IMG/VR virus record: IMGVR_UViG_2873063797_000002
Origin: a virus
Lineage: Duplodnaviria > Caudoviricetes
DNA length: 64,000 bases
Direction: 5' to 3' (one strand)
Shown: in pieces, positions 37,542 to 46,162 of the stretch
Position numbering within the stretch: the stretch's first letter is position 1
How the letters are laid out: each line of letters begins with the position of its first letter
Position numbers and translations under genes: made by a program
Notes under the pieces: generated by a model
Databases searched by the model: none
What the model was told of the DNA's origin: nothing
The model's input: the letters and a program-made list of their open reading frames with translations, nothing else

Positions 37542-37873
37542 AGTACATCGACCGATCCGGCGACACCTGGGAGGACGTGTCGGCCGGCATCGTCCGCATC
37601 GTCGTCATGGGCGGCGAGCCCGTGAAGTTCGCGGAGCCGTGGGACCGGGACGCCGCGGAGGAGAAGTGGGGTCCGTTCGCTCCGGGCGACACCCCCGCAG
37701 AACCCCAGGAAGCCCCCTCTCCCGTCCTCCCGACGGTCGAAGGGGTCATGAGTCGCGCGAGTGTCTTTCAGAGCGCTCACGCCCTCGTGACGGGCCTTGC
37801 GTGGGGCGACGAGGAGAAGCCGTCCGTGTACGACGTCCTGAGCGTCGCGAAGTGGCTGGAGGGCGACGAATGA
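37538..37873 (+). CDS. phiSA1p31-like domain protein
   Basis: YIDRSGDTW...WGPF motif shared with the genes at 42310 and 43127. Confidence 0.6.
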   Translation: MKYIDRSGDTWEDVSAGIVRIVVMGGEPVKFAEPWDRDAAEEKWGPFAPGDTPAEPQEAPSPVLPTVEGVMSRASVFQSAHALVTGLAWGDEEKPSVYDVLSVAKWLEGDE

Positions 37874-38169
37874 GCATGGCCCAACTCGTCGCAGCCGGCG
37901 CCCCGGAACTGCCGGAGGGCTACTTCTACCGGGTGCACACAACGAGCATCCGTTCCCTGAAGGTGGAGATCCGCGAGCAGCGGCGTTTCAGGTCTCGCGC
38001 CGTGGCCGACACGTGGGTTCTCGACAAGCTGGAGGAGTCGGCGGAGGAGTCCATCGTCAAGGCGTGCGCACGTGCGTTCAAAGACTGGCAGGAGGCCGAC
38101 GCAGTGCGCGCGTCGTACCGCGCCGTGTCGGAGTACATCGGAGACCACGACCCGAAGGGCGGGCGATGA
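37870..38169 (+). CDS. Hypothetical protein
   Basis: PELPEGYFYRV; coupled ORF. Confidence 0.6.
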   Translation: MSMAQLVAAGAPELPEGYFYRVHTTSIRSLKVEIREQRRFRSRAVADTWVLDKLEESAEESIVKACARAFKDWQEADAVRASYRAVSEYIGDHDPKGGR

Positions 38170-38549
38170 CCTACACCCTCGCCGACGCCATCCGCGACGA
38201 GTTCGAGCGCACCCACCCGAACGGCAAGAACACGCTCCTCTGCGTCGGCCTGTGCCGGCGGCGCAAGGACCGGAACGACTTCCGCGAGACTCCCTGGCAC
38301 GGACGTGCGGCCCGCTGCACGAGCTGTGAAGGGCTCCGCTACGTCGACGAGCTTCGTTACCGCCAGGCGTGGGAGCTGGAGCAGGAGCGGGCGAAGGTGC
38401 GGATGCTCGTCCGCCATATCCAGCGGCTCCGGCTTCAGCGGATCGTCGAGCGTGCGCCGGCACTGCACTTCCTGACGGAGCCCATGCCTGAGGCTGAGCG
38501 ACGACGCAAGCGCGCACGACTCACATTGCAAATGGAGAGGAAGCGATGA
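38166..38549 (+). CDS. Zn-finger hypothetical protein
   Basis: CVGLC...CTSC. Confidence 0.55.
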   Translation: MTYTLADAIRDEFERTHPNGKNTLLCVGLCRRRKDRNDFRETPWHGRAARCTSCEGLRYVDELRYRQAWELEQERAKVRMLVRHIQRLRLQRIVERAPALHFLTEPMPEAERRRKRARLTLQMERKR

Positions 38550-39043
38550 CACCTCAACCCGGCGACTTCGCCCTCACCCGTATCAAGGGCATCACCGGCG
38601 CCTTCGTCTCCGCCGGCCAGTACCTCGTAGGCGACGGCGCACCCGTGCACCATGCCTTCGTCTACGTCGGCAACGGCTACATCGTCCAGGCTATGCCGGG
38701 CGGGGCGGAGAAGATCCGTCTCGACGAGGCGTCGGAGCCGGTCCTGTGGTCGACGGGCGCCTTCAACCTGACGGCCGCGGAGCGCATGCGGATCTGCTAC
38801 GAGGCGCGGAGCCTCGTCGGGACGCCGTACAGCTTCCTCGACTACGCGTCCATAGCGCTGGCTCACTGGCGCATCCGTCCTCAGTGGGTACGGGACTACG
38901 TCGCCGCCACGGGCCACATGATCTGTTCCCAGCTCGTCGACGAGGTGTACCGCCGTGCCGGCGTGGACCTCTTCGCCGACGAGCGCATCCCGGGCGACGT
39001 GACCCCCGGGGACCTTAATCGGCTGCTCGTTGGGAGGCGATGA
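38546..39043 (+). CDS. Permuted papain-like amidase (YiiX/C92, NlpC/P60 superfamily)
   Basis: PGDF...HHAFVYVG...GTPYSF...ICSQLV (His before Cys). Confidence 0.8.
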   Translation: MTPQPGDFALTRIKGITGAFVSAGQYLVGDGAPVHHAFVYVGNGYIVQAMPGGAEKIRLDEASEPVLWSTGAFNLTAAERMRICYEARSLVGTPYSFLDYASIALAHWRIRPQWVRDYVAATGHMICSQLVDEVYRRAGVDLFADERIPGDVTPGDLNRLLVGRR

Positions 39044-39487
39044 GTGGAGGTAGAGGAACGCTTCTGGGCGAAGGTTGACTTCGACCCGCATGACGAAGAG
39101 CGGTGCTGACGGTGGCAAGGCGGCACCGTGACGCGGGGAGGGTACGGGCAGTTTGCGCTTCAGCGGGTGAACGTCCTTGCTCACCGCTTGGCGTATGAGT
39201 TGGAGCGGGGAGACATACCAGAGGGGTTGGACCTGGACCACCTTTGTCGTAGTCGGGGCTGCGTGAACCCCTGGCACTTGGAGCCCGTTACCGAGCGGGA
39301 GAACGCGTTGCGGGGCGAGGGGCCGACCGCGCAGAACGCGCGTAAGACAGCCTGCCCGCAGGGGCATCCCTACGACGTCCATGGCACTGAGGCGGACGGG
39401 TCGCCACATCGGCGATGCAGCCGGTGTTCTCGTGCCTCGGGCCGGGCTCGCCAACGTAGATACCGAGAGAGGAAACGCCATGACTGA
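39044..39487 (+). pseudogene. HNH endonuclease with an in-frame TGA at 39107-39109
   Basis: ERFWAKV...C*RW; AHRLAYEL, LDHLCRSRGCVNPWHL, CPQGH. Confidence 0.75.
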
Positions 39488-39749
39488 CGCTCGCCGTTAC
39501 CGCCTCGCCTGGCTTTCCGCCCGACGGCGAGTAGCCCGTGAGTCCGTCATGGCGACGGAGGCGGTCGAGCACCTCAGCGCCGACCGGGACCGGTGGCGGC
39601 AGCGCTACGAGCGCCTGGCGGCAGATCTGGAGGCGTCGCGTAAAACGACTCACGCGTCCCTCGTCGACGTGGGTCCCGACGGGGAGGGCGGAAGCGTCGT
39701 GAAACTCGCCGAAGTCCCCGCGTCACATCCGCCCGGGATTACGACATAA
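39480..39749 (+). CDS. Small hypothetical protein
   Basis: RYRLAWLSARRR motif; 3' end overlaps an operator and a class A promoter. Confidence 0.5.
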   Translation: MTDARRYRLAWLSARRRVARESVMATEAVEHLSADRDRWRQRYERLAADLEASRKTTHASLVDVGPDGEGGSVVKLAEVPASHPPGITT

Positions 39750-39813
39750 CCCATGTGTAAGGCCGAACAAGGCCGCACACACCACGCACACCGCCAACGA
39801 AAGGCACTCACAC

Positions 39814-40596
39814 ATGGCGAACAACCTCGCGAACATCTGGGACGCTGACCCCGACGCCGCTCCGAAGGAGCGCCCCTCCTTCTCCGACGACATCGCGGGC
39901 CGCTTCCGGTCCGGCCGCCTCGTTAAGACGGGGCGGACGGAGACGCCGGAGAGCCTGAACGAGTGGCGCGTCACCACGGGTGACCCCAGCGTCGCAGCGA
40001 AGGTCGCGGAGATCCTGGGCGGGAAGCCGGAGTCGTGGGAGACGGACCGGGAAGACAACCTGGAGATCCTCACCGACGCCAAGACGGTTCAGATCATCAT
40101 CGAGCCCGACGGCGTCGACGCGAGCTTCAAGCAGTTCGTGCCGGGTGCTGGGATGACGCACCACTGCGACGGCTTCAAGTACCTGTCCCCGGACGAGGAC
40201 AAGGGCCAGCCCTGCGGCTGCCCGTCGTACATCGCGGAGCGCAAGACGGCCGCCGACAAGCTCCGCGGACCGAAGCCCAGCGTCGACGTCACCTTCCGCA
40301 TGGCGGACGCGCCGGACCTGGGGAAGTTCAGGTTCAACAGCGGCTCTTGGAAGCTCGTGGAGGCCCTGGGCCCGCTCTTCGCCGACCTCGACAAGCACGG
40401 TAACGCGGGCGACGAGGAGAACGGCGTCGACGGTGTCCCGACCCGCGCGTCACTGACCATCGAGAACGTCACCTACGTTCCGAAGAAGGGGCCCCGCGCC
40501 GGCCAGACAGTGAGCTACAACAAGCCGGTCATCAAGATCTTCGGCCCCGTCGCCGCTGAGGTCGCGGAGGACGAGGGCCTGAGCCAGGCCGCGTAA
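39814..40596 (+). CDS. Recombination directionality factor, phiC31 gp3-like
   Basis: GRFRSG, WRVTTG, HHCDG, GQPCGCP and LGKFRFNSGSW match the recalled phiC31 gp3 motifs. Confidence 0.85.
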   Translation: MANNLANIWDADPDAAPKERPSFSDDIAGRFRSGRLVKTGRTETPESLNEWRVTTGDPSVAAKVAEILGGKPESWETDREDNLEILTDAKTVQIIIEPDGVDASFKQFVPGAGMTHHCDGFKYLSPDEDKGQPCGCPSYIAERKTAADKLRGPKPSVDVTFRMADAPDLGKFRFNSGSWKLVEALGPLFADLDKHGNAGDEENGVDGVPTRASLTIENVTYVPKKGPRAGQTVSYNKPVIKIFGPVAAEVAEDEGLSQAA

Positions 40597-40694
40597 GCAC
40601 CACACGCACCGCGAGCAACGCAAGGCGCCGCTCCCAATGATTCCGGCACTGGGAGCGGCGCCTCCCACGATTCTACGCACACTGAGGTGAAGCA

Positions 40695-41225
40695 GTGTCC
40701 GAACCTGAAACGAGTCAGCCGAAGATCCTCGAACTTTGCGCAGGATACGGGGGCATCGGGTTGGCTGTAGAGCCCCTCATCGACGGACAAGTCACCCACG
40801 TCGCTGAGGTAACCAAGCACGCCTGCAAGATCCTGGAAGACCGGTTCCCCGGAGCCGAGAACATCGGGGACGTCACGAAGTACGACTGGAGCGCCCTCGT
40901 CGGCCGAATCGACGTGATCACCGCAGGGTTCCCCTGCCAGGACATCAGCAACGCCGGCAGGAGAGAGGGCATTAATGGGAAGCGGTCGGGGATCTGGAAG
41001 CAAGTCGCCGAAGCTGTTGGGACACTTCGACCGAAGTACGTCTTCCTGGAGAACGTCGCAGTCCTCCGAACTCGGGGGCTCGACGTTGTCGCCCAGGACC
41101 TGGCCGAAGTCGGGTATGACCTCCGGTGGACGACTCTACGAGCTTCCGACATCGGTGCCGCCCACCATCGGAGCCGGTGGTTCGGGTTCGCGACTCCCGC
41201 TGTTTCCCACCCCGAAGGCATCTGA
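40695..41225 (+). CDS. DNA cytosine-5 methyltransferase, N-terminal part (motifs I-VIII)
   Basis: ELCAGYGG, AGFPCQDIS, LENV, HHRSRWF. Confidence 0.9.
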   Translation: MSEPETSQPKILELCAGYGGIGLAVEPLIDGQVTHVAEVTKHACKILEDRFPGAENIGDVTKYDWSALVGRIDVITAGFPCQDISNAGRREGINGKRSGIWKQVAEAVGTLRPKYVFLENVAVLRTRGLDVVAQDLAEVGYDLRWTTLRASDIGAAHHRSRWFGFATPAVSHPEGI

Positions 41226-42036
41226 CGGGCCGCACGGAGGACTCAACCAGCGCAATGGGAATGGCGAATACGACGCGCTGCCGAGCATGGTGGTGCACCT
41301 CCTCCCTACACCGACGGCGGCCGACGCAAGAGGGACTGCCAACTTCCGCGCGGACGGCACGCCGTACGGGAGCGGGTACGGTCCCACCCTGACGGACGCC
41401 GTTCGTGTGCTTCTGCCGACACCAACAGCACGCGATTGGAAGTCCGGGGCGTCAAACCTGCACGGCCGGAACTCTCGTCCGCTAAACGAAGTGGTGCTCA
41501 CACTTGCGGAGCCGACGAAGTTCTTTGGCACGCCAAGGGCGTCATCAGCCAACGGACCCGGGCGGCTCGACAACCCCAAGAACCAGAGCCGGCTTGAGAC
41601 GCAGGTGGTTCTGCTCAAGACACCCACGGCAAACCTGGGGACCAACGGCGCCGCGCAGCATCCGGACAAGAGGAAGGCCGGAGGACACGGCCCGACACTG
41701 GACGATGAGGTCACGTACCTGATTCCCGAGCCGGACGGCCTAGTGCAGGACTGGGGGCCTTATGAGCCGGCCATCCGACGTCAGGAAGCGTGGATGGACC
41801 GCGAAGCGCCAATCCCCACGGAGGTGGGGCCGCGCGGAGGACGGCGTCTGGCTGCTCGGTTCGCCGAGTGGCTCATGGGCCTTCCTGACGGCTGGGTGAC
41901 AGACACTCCGGGGCTGAGCCGGGGCAACCAGTTGCATGCGATCGGTAACGGCGTGGTGCCCCGGCAGGCGTATTACGCCTTCAAGTCCCTGATGGAACAC
42001 CAGGCACACACGGAACAGCACACAGAGGAGAGCTGA
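40975..42036 (+). CDS. DNA cytosine-5 methyltransferase, C-terminal part (TRD repeats, motifs IX-X) in an overlapping +1 frame
   Basis: Five xxPTPxA-type repeats; EWLMGLPDGW; IGNGVVP. Confidence 0.8.
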   Translation: MGSGRGSGSKSPKLLGHFDRSTSSWRTSQSSELGGSTLSPRTWPKSGMTSGGRLYELPTSVPPTIGAGGSGSRLPLFPTPKASDGPHGGLNQRNGNGEYDALPSMVVHLLPTPTAADARGTANFRADGTPYGSGYGPTLTDAVRVLLPTPTARDWKSGASNLHGRNSRPLNEVVLTLAEPTKFFGTPRASSANGPGRLDNPKNQSRLETQVVLLKTPTANLGTNGAAQHPDKRKAGGHGPTLDDEVTYLIPEPDGLVQDWGPYEPAIRRQEAWMDREAPIPTEVGPRGGRRLAARFAEWLMGLPDGWVTDTPGLSRGNQLHAIGNGVVPRQAYYAFKSLMEHQAHTEQHTEES

Positions 42037-42037
42037 C

Positions 42038-42313
42038 ATGGGCAAGGCCCGACTGACCGACTACACGGGCGCGGAGATCCGCCCCGGCGCCCTCGTCTCC
42101 TACGCGACGCGACAGGGCAACCTCGTCCGCCTCTCTGAGGCCGTCGTCCTGGAGCTGGAGAGCAACAAGGCGGCCGGCGTGGTCGTGCCGCTCGTCAAGG
42201 TGAGGCCGACGGGGCGCGACTCCGGCTTCATCAGCCGCAAGACACTGGCCGTTCAGACGGTCGCCGCGGACCGCATGGTCGTCATCGGTGACACGAAGGG
42301 GGAGAGCAAGTGA
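42038..42313 (+). CDS. Small SH3-like hypothetical protein
   Basis: DYTGAEIRPGALVSY. Confidence 0.6.
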   Translation: MGKARLTDYTGAEIRPGALVSYATRQGNLVRLSEAVVLELESNKAAGVVVPLVKVRPTGRDSGFISRKTLAVQTVAADRMVVIGDTKGESK

Positions 42314-43053
42314 GCGACGTCTTCGAGGTAGGGCAGAAGGTCCGCGTCCCTGGCGAAGCGGAGGGAGAGGTCACCTACGGCCCGTTCCGCAGCACCTTCG
42401 GCAGTTTCACGGGCTACGTGGTGCGGGTCCGTGGCATCGAGCGGCTGTACCGGGAATCGCACTTGGCCGCCGTTCCCACGCTGCCCGTCTTCGCCGTGGG
42501 GGACACGGTGACGCTGACGACGCGGGATTCACTCGCAACCGTCGAGTACGGTCCCTTCGACGACCGGGACGTCTACGTCGTGAAGCTCGTCGACGCACCG
42601 TCTGACCCTGACGACGTCCGCACCTTTACGGCGCTCGCAAGTGTCATGCGGAAGGTGGAGACGCCGGCCGTCGCGGTCGGTGACCGGGTGCGGGTGACGC
42701 GTGCCTTTGCCGTGAGCAACTGGCTCGGGCGGGTCGGAACGGTGACGTCAACCACTGAGCGTTTCCGGGAGAACCTGGGAGACCTCCACCGCTATGTGGT
42801 GGACGACGGCTCCGATAGCGTTTACGCCGCCGAAGTTGAGCCCGTCACCGACGAGGACACCTACGAGTACAACGGCATGGTCTACGACCTGGTGGCGAAG
42901 TACCGGGACCGGGACGGCGACGTGTGGCGCCTGAAGCGCGTCAACGGCATTGTCCGCGCCCGGTGGGACGGCGAGGAGGACCCCACGACGGACAGCAACA
43001 CCCTGGCGACCGTCGCGAGCACCTGGGGCCCCCTCACCCGGATCACCGACTGA
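42310..43053 (+). CDS. Tandem KOW/SH3-like repeats plus phiSA1p31-like domain
   Basis: FEVGQKV, FAVGDTV, VAVGDRV; YDLVAKYRDRDGDVW...WGPLTRI. Confidence 0.7.
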   Translation: MSDVFEVGQKVRVPGEAEGEVTYGPFRSTFGSFTGYVVRVRGIERLYRESHLAAVPTLPVFAVGDTVTLTTRDSLATVEYGPFDDRDVYVVKLVDAPSDPDDVRTFTALASVMRKVETPAVAVGDRVRVTRAFAVSNWLGRVGTVTSTTERFRENLGDLHRYVVDDGSDSVYAAEVEPVTDEDTYEYNGMVYDLVAKYRDRDGDVWRLKRVNGIVRARWDGEEDPTTDSNTLATVASTWGPLTRITD

Positions 43054-43126
43054 CCATCCCGCACCCCGCGGCCCCGGACACCGACGATCCGGGGCCCTCA
43101 CACGAGCTACTCACGGAGGAGAGAGC

Positions 43127-43675
43127 ATGGCGTTCAAGGTTGGCGACAAGGTGGATCACCGGACCTTCGGCAAGGGCGAAGTCGTCTTCGGCCCGTTCGA
43201 GCACACCATGGGTTCGGACTTCTACCTGATGAAGCAGGAGCACGACGGTGCCCACGCGCTGACGGCGGGCGAGGCGCTCACACAGGCCGCGAAGTTCAAG
43301 GTCGGCAACAAGGCGCAAGGGACCTACTCCGGTCGGGTCTACACCATCGTGGGCGGGCCGTACCGGGGCCCCGCGGGTCGTACGTGGTACGCCACGGAGA
43401 GCACCGACGGCATGGTCACCAACAACGACGAGGACGACCTCCTGACCGTCACCCCGGAGCCGGCGAAGGACGAGGCCATCGTCGACGGCGTGACTTACGA
43501 CCTGACCGCCCGCTACCGGGACCGGGACGGCGACTACTGGACGTTCAAGGACGTCGACGGCACTGTCCGGGGCGAGTGCAGTAGCTACGACCGGGACAAC
43601 TCCGAGCACATCAGCTCCTACAGCGACCCGCTGGAGTCCGCTGTCCGCAACTTCGGCCCCTTGACCCGCGTCTGA
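43127..43675 (+). CDS. Tandem KOW/SH3-like repeats plus phiSA1p31-like domain
   Basis: FKVGDKV, FKVGNKA; YDLTARYRDRDGDYW...FGPLTRV. Confidence 0.7.
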   Translation: MAFKVGDKVDHRTFGKGEVVFGPFEHTMGSDFYLMKQEHDGAHALTAGEALTQAAKFKVGNKAQGTYSGRVYTIVGGPYRGPAGRTWYATESTDGMVTNNDEDDLLTVTPEPAKDEAIVDGVTYDLTARYRDRDGDYWTFKDVDGTVRGECSSYDRDNSEHISSYSDPLESAVRNFGPLTRV

Positions 43676-43680
43676 CCCTC

Positions 43681-43711
43681 AGCCCCCGGTGACTTCGGTC
43701 CCGGGGGCTTT
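43681..43711 (+). terminator. Terminator-like hairpin
   Basis: AGCCCCCGG/CCGGGGGCT with a TTCG-containing loop, followed by TT. Confidence 0.65.
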
Positions 43712-43743
43712 CGGCGTAGGAGGACCGAGAGAGAAGAGGGCAC

Positions 43744-44565
43744 ATGGCAACGATCCGTAAGCCCGATGTCGTGATCGTCGAGATGACCACGGCGGAACTG
43801 GAACTGATCCGCGTGGGGCTCCGGTGCTACCGGACCTACGAGGCGGCAGGGGCCGACGACAGCGACGCGCTGAACCTGCTCAACGACCTGGAGGGCGTCC
43901 GTCGATGACCGGCGCCTTCCACACCATCGACGCCGCCATGGCGCCCGCACTGGGCGACGTCCGCAGCGCCGGCCCCGGTGATCTGGTCTACATCCTCCCC
44001 GACGCGACGAGCCGGAAGGACTTCCCGAAGTACTGGGAGGCGGCCGGTACAGCGTTCGTGCGGGGAGCGCAGGTGGTTGTTATGAGGAGAGAGGAGAACA
44101 CATGAGGGACTCATTCGGCACCCGCATCGAAGCCGGGGACTACGTCCTGTCGGCCGCATCTTCCAGCGGCTTCTTCAAGCTGGGCGTCGTCTACCTGGCG
44201 CAGTCGGGCCGACTGATGATGGAAGTCACGCGGTCGAACTGGAGCGGCGCCGCCCGGCGCAGTGAGGTCGGCTCGAACGTCCTCGTCCTGCGCAAGGCGG
44301 ACGGCACGGTGCCGTCGGTCGTGGCGGGGGAGGGCGGCTGATGGGCGTCTTCGACGGTGGGACGCACCGTGTCAGGGTTCTCACGCGGGACGGCGACGAG
44401 AGCGACCACTACCCCGACGACGTCCGCGGCTTCGTCGCCACGCTGCGCAAGCGTTCGGACGTGAAGGCGTTCGAGACGGTGTGGGTCCACTTCGCCACGG
44501 GTGATGTCGTGAGCGACCTCTCGCACGGGGACATCGACGGCCTCGACGAGGAGGAAGCCGAATGA
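43744..44565 (+). other. Run of four coupled small hypothetical genes (43744-43908, 43905-44105, 44102-44341, 44341-44565)
   Basis: ATGA/TGATG couplings and purine-rich RBSs. Confidence 0.6.
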
Positions 44566-44832
44566 TCGTCCGCGAGCCCGACATGCGCATCGTCCACGCC
44601 CTCCCCGATCAGGAGCCCGTGGAGTTCGACAAGCCGCGGAGCGTGTACGCCTCGTGGATCACGGAAGAGCTGATGAGGGAGACGGAGGAAGGCTGACAGT
44701 TCCTCCACGACGGCTACACATCTGTAGAGACTCCGTGCTCTCCCGTAACCAAACAAGCGTTCCATCCGTTGAGGTTGTACGACACACGCACCGGGTATGG
44801 CATGCGCATATGCGCGGGGGAAGGGGCTCCAC

Positions 44833-44985
44833 ATGGCGGACGAACAGCGCGGACACCTGACGTACGGCGGGCAGACGTGGGAGGTCGAGACGGCGCCCGT
44901 CTTCGTCGACGAGGACGGGGACTCGATCCTCGTCGAAGTGTGGGTCAAGAGAGGTGAGTCCATCGGCAAATCCAGCGAAGGCTAA
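44833..44985 (+). CDS. Small hypothetical protein
   Basis: RBS plus ATG. Confidence 0.4.
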   Translation: MADEQRGHLTYGGQTWEVETAPVFVDEDGDSILVEVWVKRGESIGKSSEG

Positions 44986-45370
44986 GGGCACCGCGTGGGA
45001 AACCGCGTGGACCAACTACATCCGCGAGCACCACAACCCGGCGGCCCATCGAAACGTACAGATGGGCCGCGCGGACATTGGTGACGTGTCGGGCTACTAC
45101 CTCCATGCTGCGGAGCTGAAGGCAGAGAAGTCGATCACGCTCTCCGACTACATCGCGCAAGCCAACCGCGAAGCCATCCACGCCGGCCAGCCCTTCGGCT
45201 GCGCGGTGGTGAAGCGGCGGATGAAGGGCACCGCTGACGGCTACGTCGTGAGGGACGTGGGGACGGATGTCAGGCTGGTGAATCGGCTGCGGGACATGGA
45301 GGAGGCGCTCCAGGACGTCGACTACGACCGATGGAGCGACCTCGACACGGAGCACAGGGAGGCAGCGTGA
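44954..45370 (+). CDS. Holliday junction resolvase (Hjc-like PD-(D/E)xK)
   Basis: KAKGTAWE, DIGDV, AELKAEK, VVKRR. Confidence 0.75.
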   Translation: MSPSANPAKAKGTAWETAWTNYIREHHNPAAHRNVQMGRADIGDVSGYYLHAAELKAEKSITLSDYIAQANREAIHAGQPFGCAVVKRRMKGTADGYVVRDVGTDVRLVNRLRDMEEALQDVDYDRWSDLDTEHREAA

Positions 45371-45546
45371 AGACGCGGATCGAGTTCACGGCGTTCCTCG
45401 ACGTCGAGGGCGCCTCAGACATGAGCCCTGTCGACGCTGCCGACTGGGTGCGTAAGGCGCTCCTGTACGGCGACAAGCATGCCGACGGGTGGACCCTGCA
45501 CGGCTCAGATCTGCGCATGGTCGAAGCCGTCGGCGACGACGAGTAG
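45367..45546 (+). CDS. Small hypothetical protein
   Basis: GTGA coupling. Confidence 0.5.
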   Translation: MKTRIEFTAFLDVEGASDMSPVDAADWVRKALLYGDKHADGWTLHGSDLRMVEAVGDDE

Positions 45547-45640
45547 CCGCGTAAAACGACTCACGCGGCAGCACCGCTAAGCACTGACACAAGGGGCGTC
45601 CTCCGGGGCGCCCCTTCCGCATGCACGAGAGGGGAGAGGG

Positions 45641-46162
45641 ATGGGCGGGATCAGCTTTGCTCCGGTACCGGGAGCTAAACGCGGTTACTACGTCGACAGT
45701 GAGGGCGGGGTTTACGGTCCCCGCGGGCAGATGAAGCCCACTCCTCGGTGTGGGAAAGTCAGGAGGCGCCAGCGGGGGCACGGGTACCTAGCCTTCACGT
45801 ACCGAGCCCCTGATAACCGGCAGCGGACCAAGAACGTTCACCGGGCCGTCTTCGAGGCGTTCCACGGTCCTGTGCTTGCGGGCCTTCACGTTCGGCATCT
45901 AAACGGTGATGAGACGGACAACCGCCTCAGCAACCTTGCGGCGGGGACACCGACGGAGAACGTTGCGGATTCATACCGGAACGGCGCCCGGCACAACGGC
46001 GAACGGCACCCGCGTGCGCGGCTGACCGATGCACAGGTTCTCAGCATCCGCACGGAGTACGCGGAGGGCGAGACAAGTTACCAGCGACTCGCGGACAAGT
46101 ACGGCGTCACGAAGCAGCAGATCTACGCAATCGTCAAGCGGAAGCAGAGGAGGGACGTCTAG
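45641..46162 (+). CDS. Free-standing HNH homing endonuclease
   Basis: VHRAVFEAFHG, VRHLNGDETDNRLSNL; C-terminal HTH. Confidence 0.85.
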   Translation: MGGISFAPVPGAKRGYYVDSEGGVYGPRGQMKPTPRCGKVRRRQRGHGYLAFTYRAPDNRQRTKNVHRAVFEAFHGPVLAGLHVRHLNGDETDNRLSNLAAGTPTENVADSYRNGARHNGERHPRARLTDAQVLSIRTEYAEGETSYQRLADKYGVTKQQIYAIVKRKQRRDV

